64,000 bases of DNA. Origin: Gemmatimonadaceae bacterium (GTDB lineage: Bacteria; Gemmatimonadota; Gemmatimonadetes; Gemmatimonadales; Gemmatimonadaceae). The notes under the pieces were generated by a model. That model ran no database searches and was not told where the DNA came from. It saw only the letters and a program-made list of their open reading frames with translations. Within the stretch, counting starts at the first letter, position 1. Every line of letters begins with the position of its first letter. The stretch is from NCBI GenBank assembly GCA_051859245.1, contig JBHYGA010000004.1, positions 416,001-480,000 on the forward strand, written 5' to 3'. A program made the translations under genes and the position numbers. Of this stretch, positions 9,998 through 21,600 are shown one piece after another.

Positions 9998-12649
9998 ATG
10001 ATCGACGCGTTCGACGACAGCGAGGTTGCAGACCTCGAAGACGAATACGAACTGCTGGGTGAGCTAGGGCGTGGTGCCAGCGCGATTGTATATCGCGCAC
10101 GCGACCGCGCCCTCGGTCGCCTCGTGGCTATTAAAGTCGTGCGCGCGCATTCCATCGCGTCTGCTGATGATGCGATGCTCCGACTGGCGCGTGAAGCACG
10201 CACCGTCGCCAAGCTGCAACATCCGAACATCGTCACCGTGCACGCGGTCAAGCGTTTGCGAACGGGTGGACTGGCGCTCGTGATGCAGCTCGTACCCGGT
10301 CGCACGCTCAAACAAGCCATCGTCGAGCACGGTCCGTTTGCGCCGGAACAGGCTGAACGCGTGCTGCACGATGTGGCCGAAGCGCTGGCCTATGCGCATG
10401 CGCACGGCGTCGTGCACCGCGATGTCAAACCGGAAAACATTTTTCTCGACGCGGACAGCGGCCGCGCGCTGCTCAGCGACTTTGGCATTGCACACAGTGC
10501 AGACAATGAATCGCGACTGACGATGACCGGCGCGGCCATTGGTACGCCCGCGTACATGGCGCCAGAGCAGATTGATGGCGCGCCTGCCGACGCGCGCTCG
10601 GACATTTACAGTCTCGGTCTTGTGATGTGGGAGATGCTCACGGGCAAACGTCCGTGGGACGGCGAATCGCTGTTCAATGTGATCTCCAAACAGAAGCAGG
10701 AAGACCTGCCGGCAATTGATGCGCTGCGACCGGGTGTTGTACCACCACGATTGCAGTACATCACCGAGCGCATGTTGCAGAAGCGCGCCGCCGCGCGCTG
10801 GGCCGGTGCGGACGGCTTGCTCGCGAATCTCGATCATTGGGTGGTGCCGAACGACTGGCGCCAATGGGAAGCGGCCCACAAACGCCGCCGCGAAGCCGCG
10901 CGCGCGATGCGTGCTGAACAGCGCGAAGCAAACGAGACGGCGTCGCCCTCAGACATGGCGACCATCCGGTTCCGTCGTGATGGGAGTACGCCCGGATCCA
11001 ATGTGCAGGTGATTGATCGCGGCGCGATGGTCACACCCGCGTCCGCGGCGTCGCTGGTACCGGAAGACGACAAGCCGTCGTGGGCTGTTGAACCAACCGC
11101 GCCGCCGCGCCGAGCGTGGCGCGCCGCCATGGTTGCCGCAATGCTCATCGCCGTCGGAACAGGCGCGGCGTGGTACGCCGACGCAACGGGCCGGATCAAC
11201 ATGCGCGCACTGATCGGTGGATCGGCAAGCAGCGCGACGCTCGCCAATGCGAACGCTGACGCGCGGTCAGGAGCCGCGCTAGTGACTGACACGCAAGTTG
11301 GAACGCTGAGTGATTCCACGTCCGTGCTCGGCGCCGTTGCGGCGGACTCGGTGGTGGCAGCCACCACGGGCAGCCCCACCGGGGTGGCGCCAAGCAGTGA
11401 TCAAGTGGGCGCAACGGCGGCACTCAATGGCGCAACGCCACCGCTGACCACTGATCGACAGCCGACAACGGCGGTGCCAATCGTGCCGCCGGAATCCGTA
11501 CCGCCGCGTGCGCGTCGTGCGGCACCCGTGGCGTCGCCGGCGCCGAGTGTCGCAACAGAATCCACACCCGCCGCCCCCGCGGTTCGCGCAACGGATGACG
11601 CGGGCGTGGTGAGCGCCGGCGGCCGACACAGTTGTGCACTCGCCAATGGACGCGCGCTGTGCTGGGGTGCAAACGACGCGGGACAGTTGGGCAACGGTGA
11701 CGTCGAATCGAGTGATGCACCGAGTGCCGTGGCTGGAGATCTTGAGTTTGTACAGATCGCGGCCGGACTGGCGCACACGTGCGGCGTCGCCCGCGGCGGC
11801 GATGCGTACTGCTGGGGCGCCGATGATCGCGGTCAACTGGGTGATGCCACTACAACGTCGCGCAGTGCGCCGGTGCGGGTGAACTCGAATCTGAATTTTC
11901 GCGTGGTGCGCAGCGGCTCCAATCACACCTGCGGACTGACCACGGGCGCACAAATCGCCTGCTGGGGCTTAAACACCATGGGTCAGGTCGGCGATGGTAC
12001 GTATGGTATGCGCACCTCACCGGTGCGCATCAACAGTGATCAGCGGTTTGTGTCGGTCTCCACCGGTTGGAATCACAGCTGCGCAATCGCGTACGACGGT
12101 TCGGCGTGGTGCTGGGGAGCAAACAACGACGGTCAGCTTGGCGACGGTACGCGCACCAATCAGAACGCGCCGCAGCGTGTGCAGTCGAGTTTGCGTTTTA
12201 CCAGCTTGTCAGCGGGAGGCGGACACACCTGCGGTGTGACGGAAGACGGCGCGCTGCATTGCTGGGGACGCAATGCGTTTGGACAGCTTGGTATTGGAAA
12301 TACAACATCGCAATCTGCGCCGGTGCGTGTGGAGAGCACCGCGCGATTCGCGTCCGTGAGCCTGGGCGGTGTGCATAGCTGTGCGCGCACCACCAGTGGT
12401 CAGGCGTGGTGCTGGGGCCTCAACACGTACGGACAACTCGGCGACGGAAGCATGGTCAACCGATCGTCTCCGGTCCGGGTGATTGGCGTGAGCAACTTTG
12501 CCGTGATCAACGCAACGGGTGCGCACACTTGCGGCACCACGACTGACGGCTCGGTGTCGTGTTGGGGATTCAATGTGCAGGGACAGCTTGGTGATGGCAC
12601 TCGAAACCATCTGGCACGTCCGACTCGCGTAGCGATTCCGGGGCGCTAA
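9998..12649 (+). CDS. Hanks-type Ser/Thr kinase - TM - linker - 7 RCC1/BLIP-II repeats
   Basis: LGRGASAIVY, VAIK, HRDVKPEN, DFG, GTPAYMAPE; hydrophobic AAMVAAMLIAVGTGAAWY; seven H[ST]C...CWG.[ND]..GQ[LV]G repeats. Confidence 0.95.
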   Translation: MIDAFDDSEVADLEDEYELLGELGRGASAIVYRARDRALGRLVAIKVVRAHSIASADDAMLRLAREARTVAKLQHPNIVTVHAVKRLRTGGLALVMQLVPGRTLKQAIVEHGPFAPEQAERVLHDVAEALAYAHAHGVVHRDVKPENIFLDADSGRALLSDFGIAHSADNESRLTMTGAAIGTPAYMAPEQIDGAPADARSDIYSLGLVMWEMLTGKRPWDGESLFNVISKQKQEDLPAIDALRPGVVPPRLQYITERMLQKRAAARWAGADGLLANLDHWVVPNDWRQWEAAHKRRREAARAMRAEQREANETASPSDMATIRFRRDGSTPGSNVQVIDRGAMVTPASAASLVPEDDKPSWAVEPTAPPRRAWRAAMVAAMLIAVGTGAAWYADATGRINMRALIGGSASSATLANANADARSGAALVTDTQVGTLSDSTSVLGAVAADSVVAATTGSPTGVAPSSDQVGATAALNGATPPLTTDRQPTTAVPIVPPESVPPRARRAAPVASPAPSVATESTPAAPAVRATDDAGVVSAGGRHSCALANGRALCWGANDAGQLGNGDVESSDAPSAVAGDLEFVQIAAGLAHTCGVARGGDAYCWGADDRGQLGDATTTSRSAPVRVNSNLNFRVVRSGSNHTCGLTTGAQIACWGLNTMGQVGDGTYGMRTSPVRINSDQRFVSVSTGWNHSCAIAYDGSAWCWGANNDGQLGDGTRTNQNAPQRVQSSLRFTSLSAGGGHTCGVTEDGALHCWGRNAFGQLGIGNTTSQSAPVRVESTARFASVSLGGVHSCARTTSGQAWCWGLNTYGQLGDGSMVNRSSPVRVIGVSNFAVINATGAHTCGTTTDGSVSCWGFNVQGQLGDGTRNHLARPTRVAIPGR

Positions 12650-12650
12650 G

Positions 12651-15600
12651 GTGTCTCGTCGTAGTCGATCACAGGGTGCGCTCCTGTGGATGCGCGCTGT
12701 ATTGACGGCCATGATGGTGTTGTCGAGTAGTGCGTGTGTGCGCATGGGCGACATCAGCGGACCGACGCCAGTTGGCGGGATCGTGGAAACGATCACGCTG
12801 TCATCAACAGACGTCACGCTTGGTGTGGGTTCGACGGTCACACTGCAAGCGGTGGCGCGCGACCGAGATGGCGAAACGATCAGCGACCGTGTGGTCACGT
12901 GGTCATCGAGCGACAGCACGATTGTGCGCGTGACATCGGCGGGTGTTCTGACCGGCGTTTCGAACGGCACGGCGCAGGTTGCCGTATCGATTGCCGGACA
13001 AAGCGCACTGGCGCAGGTGCGCGTGATTCCGCGTCCTGTCAGCACGATTGAACTTGGCCCGCTCGCGCCGCGAATTCTGGTGGGCGGTTTTGTGCAACTG
13101 GTTGCGTTACCGCGTGACGAAACGGGCGCGCCGTTGCCCGAACGCACGGTGTTCTGGTCGAGCAGCGATGTGGCCGTTGCAACGGTAGATGCGGCCGGTT
13201 TTGTGAGCGGACTCTCACCGGGCGCCACAACGATCACGGCACGCAGCGAGTCGCGTGAGGCAGCGGTTGGTGTCACGGTCAGCGCGGTGCCGGTGCGATC
13301 GGTGCTCGTGTCGCCGCGTGTTGACACAATTGTTGTGGGGCAGAGCACACAGCTGACAGCGATCGCTCGCGATTCCAATACCGTGCCGTTGGTTGATCGA
13401 GTGTTCGCGTGGCGCTCGGAGAATCTTGGTAGGGCGACCGTATCGGCAACGGGGTTGGTGCTAGGTGTTTCGCCGGGCACGGTGACAATTGTTGCGCAGA
13501 CTGATGATGTGGTCGGGACGGCGACTGTCGTTGTACAGCCGAGACCAATTGGCGCCGTGATCGTTTCGCCCGCGCAGGCGTCGTTGTCCGTAGGTACGAC
13601 TGTCAGCGTGACCGTGCAGATCACCGATGCCAACGGCAATCTGTTGACCGGCCGACCGATCAGCTTTTCCAGCGAGAACACATCAATTGCGACGGTGACG
13701 AACGCTGGTGTTGTCCGAGCGGTGGCTGTTGGCACCACGAACATTCGTGCCACGAGCGAAGGACAAACTGGCGTGATGAGTGTGACGGTCACACCAACGC
13801 CGGTGGCATCAGTGCGCATTGCGCCGCTCAACTCATCGTTGACGGTAGGTGATAGTGTGCGTCTCACTGCGTCAGCGCTCGACGACGCGGGCAGCGTGCT
13901 CTCGCAGCGTCCTGCGACGTGGACCAGCGGTGCGCCGAGTGTGCTGTCGGTGTCGAGCACGGGACTGGTGCGCGCGCTGAGTGCGGGCACGGGTTTGGTG
14001 TTCGCCGTGATCGATGGACGTGTTGCATCGGCCACGATTGTGGTGGCCGCGGTGCCGGTTGGTGAGGTGGTGGTCACACCGGCCACGGCGAATGTGGTGG
14101 TGAACACGACGCTCGATCTCACGGCCGTGGCGCGTGACGCGAGTGGGGTGTTGATCAACAAACCGGTCGTGTGGTCAAGCGCGGATCCGCTGATCGCGCT
14201 CGTGTCGAGCACCGGTCGTGTACGTGGCGTGGCTGTGGGCACAGCACGAATCGAGGCGACCGTCGATGGTCAGACGGGCACGAGTACGATCACCGTGGTG
14301 CCCGTTCCTGTTGCCAGTGTGGCACTCACGCTCACCGATTCATCGCTGAACGTTGGACAAACCGCGCAGGGCGCGGTGGTGTTGCGCGATGCCGCGGGAA
14401 ATATTCTGACCGGTCGTCCCATCACGTGGACAAGCAGCGCGCCGTTGGTGGCAACGGTAAATGCATCGGGGTTGGTGACGGCCGTGAACGGCGGTGCGGC
14501 TAACATCACGGCCACCAGTGGTACGGTGTCGGCTTCGGTCAACGTAGTCGTGTCCGCCGTTGTTGGTTCGCTGTCCGTGCAAACGCAGCCAGCCGGTGCG
14601 GTGAGCGGCAGCGTGTTTACCACGCAGCCGGTCGTGCGCATTCTCGATGCAAACGGGAACCTGGTCGCCACAGGGCCGAGCTCTGTGCTTCCAGTCACCG
14701 TTACACGCGCATCCGGATCCGCCTCGCTCGGCGGCACGACCACCGTGACGGCCGTGAATGGCGTGGCCACGTTCACCAACCTGGCGTTCACAGGTGCCGG
14801 CATTGGGGCGCATACGTTGCGATTCTCCACCGTATCGCCGGCGCTTGAGGTGACCTCTGCGTCATTCAATGTGGCGCCCGGTGCGGCAACGACGTTGACA
14901 GCTGTCTCGAGTCTGAGTCAGAGTGCGGCGGCGGGTGCGCTGGTGAGTGCGCCCCCCAGCGTGCGTGTGTCGGACGCGAGTGGAAATCCTGTGAGTGGTG
15001 TGAGCGTGACGTTTGCGGTGATCAGTGGTGGCGGGACCATTACACCCGCCAGCACGGCAACGGTCGTCACGAATGCGAGTGGTGTGGCGGCGCTCACGCA
15101 GTGGCGACTCGGCACCATTGCAGGTGCGAACAGCGTACGCGCAACGGCGGCCGGACTCACGGGCAGTCCTATCACGTTCAGCGCGACGGGCACGGTTGGT
15201 ACACCAACGCAGCTGGCCGTACTCACGCAACCGGCCGGTGCGATCAGTGGTCGCGCGCTCACCACGCAACCTGTGGTCGAGATTCGCGACGCGGCGGGAA
15301 ATCGTGTCACCGGTGCGAGCGATGCCGTGACGGTATCCGTTGCGACTGGCAGTGGTGATGTGGCGGGCACCGTGACCGTGAATGCGGTGAACGGTGTGGC
15401 GACCTTTACCAATGTTCGTATTGATGGCGCCGGTGCCCACACCCTGCGATTTGCGGCAGCAGGTTTGACCTCGGCGACTTCGGCGTCAATCACGGTGACG
15501 CAGGTTCCCGTAGCCCTGTCGATCTTCACGCAGCCCGCCGGGGCCGTGAGCAGCGCAACGTTTACCACACAACCAGTTGTTCGCATTCTTGACGACGCTG

Positions 15601-18600
15601 GTCTGGTGGTGACCACAGGCAGCGGTTCATCGCTCACCGTTGCGGCGTCGGTCGCAAGCGGTACCGGCACACTTGGCGGTACGGCGAGCGTGAATGCCGT
15701 GAATGGTGTGGCCACGTTCTCGAACTTGTCACTGACCGGTTCTGGTGCGCACACGCTTCGGTTCAGCACCACATCACCAGCGCTTGCTGTTGTGTCGGGT
15801 TCGTTGAGTGTGGGAGTTGGTGCGCCTGCAACGATCGCTGCGGTGTCGGCAGTGTCGCAGAGCGCAACGGTGTTGACTGCGGTGGCCGCGGCACCAAGTG
15901 TGCGGGTAACGGACGCCGTTGGTAATCCCGTAAGTGGCGTTACAGTGACATTCGCGGTGACGGCAGGTGGCGGTGTAATTGCACCGGCGAATGGCGTCGT
16001 GAATACAAATGCGAGTGGCGTTGCCACGCTCACCAGTTGGACACTCGGTGCCACGCCCGGTGCAAACAGTGTGACCGGTTCGGCCACGGGCCTCTCCGGC
16101 AGCCCGGTCGTCTTTAACGCAACAGCAACGGTTGGTGCAGCAACTGATCTCGCGATCACCACACAGCCTTCCGGCGCCACGAGCGGTGTGCCATTCACAA
16201 CGCAACCGGTGGTGGAGATTCGCGACGCGCAGGGCAATCGCGTCGCTGGTGCAACCAATGCCGTGACGGCCGAGATTGCGAATGGCAGCGGTGCGCTGGC
16301 GGGAACGATCACCGTGAATGCCGTCAACGGCATCGCAACGTTCACGAATGCACGAGTGAACGGCGCTGGTCCGCACCGCATTCGTTTTGTGGCGTCGGGA
16401 CTGTCGAGTGCGACGTCAGGAAACTTTGTGGTGTCGCAGCGAGCTGCTGCGCTCAACATTTCTGCTCAGCCGGCGGGCAGTGTGAGCGGCGCCGCGCTCA
16501 CCACGCAGCCGGTTGTGCAGGTGCTTGATGATGCCGGGCTGGTCGTGACGACGGGAAGCGACGCGACCGTGACCGTCGCGACATCGATCGCAACCGGCAC
16601 GGGCACGCTTGGTGGCACGACCTCCGTGAATGCCGCAAGCGGCGTGGCAACGTTCACCAACCTGGCGATCTCCGGCTCGGGCGCGCACACGTTGCAGTTC
16701 AGTGTAGCCGCGCGTTCACTGACTGTGGTTTCACAGTCGATTGTTGTGGGCGCACCGCCGGCCACGACAATCGCTGCGAACTCCAGCGTATCGCAGAGCG
16801 CACCGGTGAACAGCAATGTGGCGGCACCGCCGAGTGTGCGTGTGACCGACGCGAATAGCAATCCGGTGAGTGGCGTGAATGTCACGTTCACGGTCACGGC
16901 CGGCGGTGGCACGACCAATCCCGCGAGTGGCGCAGTGGTTGCCACCAACGCCAGCGGTATCGCATCGCTCACGAGTTGGACACTCGGCGCCTCTCCTGGG
17001 GCGAACACGGTGACAGCAACCGCGGCCGGACTCTCGGGGAGTCCGGTCATTTTCAATTCAACGGGTGTGGCGCTTGGCGCCACGCAGCTCGCAATTGTGA
17101 CGCAGCCCACGGGTGCAGTAAGTGGTGTGAGCTTGGTCACGCAACCCGTCATTGAAGTGCGCGATGCGAACGGTGTGTTGGTGGCGAGTTCAACAGCCCC
17201 CGTGACAGCGACGCTTGCATCTGGTTCAGGTGCGCTCGCTGGAACGGTCACCGTCAACGCCGTAAATGGCGTGGCCACGTTCAGCAACTTGCGCATTAAC
17301 GGCAGCGGTGCGCACACGGTGCAGTTCGCGTCACCTGGTTTGACGTCGACCACGTCGAATGTGGTAAACGTTACGCAGGTTGCCGCGTCGCTCTCGGTGC
17401 AAACACAACCTGGCGGCGCCGTGAGCGGCAGTGTGTTCACGCAGCAGCCCGTGGTTCGGATTCTCGATAACGCCGGGCTGGTTGTGACCAGTGGAAGTGG
17501 CGCTTCCCTGAACGTGACCGCCACACGTGTTGCGGGAACGGCCACGTTGAGCGGTGTAACAACTGTGCAAGCCGTGAATGGTGTTGCCACATTCAGCAAT
17601 CTTGCATTTGGTGGCACTGGTGTGGGCGCGCATTCGCTGGACTTCGCCACGGGTACGCCAGCACTCAATGTTGTTTCGGCGAACTTCAATGTGAGCGCTG
17701 GACCCGCCGCGAATATTGGCGCGAACTCGAGTGTTGCGCAGAGCGCGCCAGCGGGTAGCAACGTCGCTGCGGCGCCCAGTGTGCGTGTATCGGATAGCAA
17801 CAACAATCCCGTGGCGGGCGTGAACGTGACGTTCGCCGTGACTGCGGGTGGCGGAACTACGAATCCAGCCAGTGGCGACGTTGTTGCTACAAATGCGAGT
17901 GGAGTGGCGGCGCTCACCAGCTGGACGTTGGGAGCGGCGCCGGGCGCGAACACTGTGACAGCAACGGTCGCAGGACTGATTGGCAGTCCGGTGGCGTTCA
18001 ACGCGACCGGAACAGCTGCCGCCGCGACGCAACTAGGTGTAACGACACAGCCGAGTGGAGCGGTGAGCGGTGTGAATCTCACCACGCAGCCGGTGGTCGA
18101 GGTGCGCGATGCGAACGGTGATCGTGTCACCACATCAACCGCGGCAATTACTGCGACGATTTCCTCCGGCAATGGTGTGTTGATTGGCACGGCAACGGTG
18201 AATGCAGTGGCTGGTGTTGCGACGTTTACGAATCTGCGCGTGAACGGCAGCGGGGATCAACAGTTGCAGTTTGCGTCGGCCGGACTCACAGCCGTCACAT
18301 CCAACACATTCGCTGTTGCTCAGGTGCCAGCATCACTTTCGGTGTTCACGCAGCCAAGCGGTGCGGTGAGTGGCGCCGCGTTTACTACGCAGCCGGTGGT
18401 GCGAATACTTGATAACGCTGGTCTGGTCGTAGTGAGCGGGAGCGGCGCCACACTGAACGTTTCTGCGGCTCGCATGGCGGGAACAGCAACACTCGGCGGA
18501 GTGACCACGATTGTGGCCGTAAATGGCGTCGCCACGTTTACGGATCTTTCGTTTGGCGGCGCCGGCATTGGCACCCATTCACTCGACTTCACCACGGTCG

Positions 18601-21600
18601 CGCCCGCGCTGAGTGTGACGTCGGCGAACTTCAATGTGAGTGCTGGACCGGCTTCTTCGATCGCTGCGGTTTCCAGCACCGCACAGAGTGCACCTGCGGG
18701 ATCGACGGTGAGCGCACCGCCGAGTGTGCGTGTGGCGGATAGCAACAACAATCCGGTGAGCGGTGTGGCCGTCACGTTTGCTGTGGCGAGTGGCGGCGGA
18801 TCGATTGTGCCGGGCGATGGTGCAGTCAGTACGAACGCGAGTGGAATTGCCACGCTCACGTCGTGGACCCTTGGGGCGGCACCGGGTGCGAACTCAGTAA
18901 CAGCGACGGCCGCGGGACTTGTTGGAAGTCCGGTGGCGTTTAACGCGACGGGAACAGCTGCCGCCGCAACGCAGCTGGGCATCACAACGCAGCCTGGCGG
19001 TGCGGTGAGTGGCGTGAATCTGACAACGCAGCCGGTGGTTGAGGTGCGTGATGCCAACGGTGATCGTGTGACCACGTCAACGGCGGCGGTGACTGCCGTG
19101 ATTACCTCTGGTACCGGCGCGCTTGTCGGCACGGCTACCGTAAACGCCGTCGCTGGTGTGGCGACCTTTACAACATTGCGTGTGAACGGCAGTGGTGATC
19201 ATCAGCTGCAGTTCACTGCGGCTGGGCTTACGGCGGCGAGCTCGAATACGTTCGCTGTGACTCAGGTGCCGGCATCGCTTTCGGTATTGACACAGCCGAG
19301 CGGTGCGGTGAGCGGTACGGCGTTCACTACGCAGCCGGTAGTGCGGATTCTTGACAACGCGGGCCTGGTTGTCGTGAGTGGAAGTGGAGCCACGCTCAAT
19401 GTGTCAGCGGCGCGCATGGCGGGCACGGCCACGCTGAGCGGTGTGCTCACCATTGCGGCGGCAAATGGTGTCGCCACGTTTACGAATCTGGCGTTCACCG
19501 GCACTGGTGTTGGCGCGCACTCCATAGACTTTACGACCAGTGCGCCAGCGCTGACTGTGACGTCGGCGAACTTTACCGTGAGCGCAGGTGCGGCCGCGAC
19601 GATTGCGTCTGCATCAAGTGTTGCACAAAACGCACCCGCCGGATCACCGGTTGCGGCGCCGCCGAGTGTGCGCGTGGCGGATAGCAACAACAATCCGGTG
19701 AGTGGTGTGGCCGTGACGTTTGCGGTGGCAAGTGGTGGCGGATCCATTGTGCCGGGCGATGGTGCGGTCAGTACAAATGCGAGTGGCATTGCGACGCTCA
19801 CGTCGTGGACGCTTGGTGCGGCGCCGGGGGCAAACTCGGTGACAGCGACCGCGGCGGGGTTGGTGGGCAGTCCGGTCACGTTCAATGCGACCGGAACGGC
19901 TGGGGCAGCGACGCAGCTTGGTATCACGACGCAGCCTGGCGGCTCAGTGAGTGGCGTGAATCTCACGACGCAGCCAGTGGTGGAAGTACGTGATGCGAAT
20001 GGTGATCGTGTGGCGACGTCAACGGCGGCGGTGACGGCGACGATTACGTCGGGAACTGGTGCGCTGGTTGGCACGCAGACTGTGAACGCTGTAGCCGGTG
20101 TCGCGACGTTCACCAATCTGCGAGTGAACGGCGGCGGTGATCATCAGTTGCAGTTCACCGCGGCCGGACTCACCGCAGCCACGTCCAATACCTTTGCGGT
20201 GACACAGGTGCCGGCTTCGTTGTCCGTGCAAACGCAGCCGAATGGCGCGGTGAATGGCGTGGCGTTCACCACGCAGCCGGTTGTGCGCATTCTGGACAAC
20301 GCAGGTCTTGTGGTGACGACTGGTTCGGGCGCAACACTTGATGTTGTGGCCGCACGCGCAACTGGCACGGCCAACCTCAGCGGGACGGTGACCAAAGCCG
20401 CGGTGGCGGGTGTCGCGACATTCGACAACCTTGTGCTTACGGGGACGGCTGGCGCGCACACGCTGTCATTCACCACCGCTGCACCAGCGCTGAATGTTTC
20501 CTCGGCGAGCTTCACGCTGGCTGCAGGGAGTGCGGCGAGCATCGCGGCAACGTCGAGCACTTCGCAGTCAGCAACTGCCGGAACTAATGTATCGGCCGCG
20601 CCCACCGTGCGAGTGGCGGATGCGAACAACAATCCGGTGGCCGGCGTGAATGTCACGTTTGCAGTGGCGAGTGGTGGCGGATCGATTGTGCCGGGTGACG
20701 GTGCGGCGAGCACGAATGCGAGTGGCATTGCTACGCTGACGTCGTGGACGCTTGGTGCGACGCCAGGGGCAAACTCGGTGACAGCGACGGCGGCGGGGTT
20801 AGCGGGCAGTCCCATCACGTTCAACGCCACGGGTGACCCACTGCCCGCAACACAGCTCGCTGTACTCACGCAGCCAGCCGGTGCCGTGAGTGGTGTTGCG
20901 TTCACCACACAACCGGTGATCGAAGTGCGTGATGCGAATGGCAATCGGGTCACATCATCCACGGTAGCGGTGACCGCCACGCGCACGGATGGTAATGGCG
21001 TCATCGCTGGTACCACCACCGTGAACGCCGTCGCCGGCGTGGCAACGTTTACCAACCTGCAGCTCAATGGAAGCGGCTCCAACACATTGCAGTTCACATC
21101 CGGTGCGTTGACGGCGGCGAACTCCAACGCGTTTACTGTCACGCAAGTCGCCGCGTCACTTGCAATACAGTCGCAGCCAACAACAGCGGTGAGCGGAAGC
21201 GCGTTGTCGCCTCAGCCTGTGATTCACATTCTTGATAACGCGGGATTGCTGGTGGTAACTGGCTCGGGTGCAACACTGACCGTGGAGGCCACACGTGTCG
21301 CGGGCACGGCGAACCTGGGCGGCACGCTGACTGCAGTCGCGGCTGGAGGCATCGCGTCGTTCAGCAACGTGTCAATTACCGGTGTTGGCACAGGCACGCA
21401 CACAATTCAGTTCAGTACGTCGGCACCGGCGCTTGCCGTGACGTCAGGCAACATTGCAGTCAGTGCGGGCGTGGCAACAACAATCGCCGCCGTCTCTGCC
21501 GCGCCGCAAAATGCACCGGTTGGCACGAACGTAGCGGTTGCACCCAGCGTGCGCGTGACCGACGCCAACGGCAATCCGGTGGCCGGCGTGAACGTCACGT

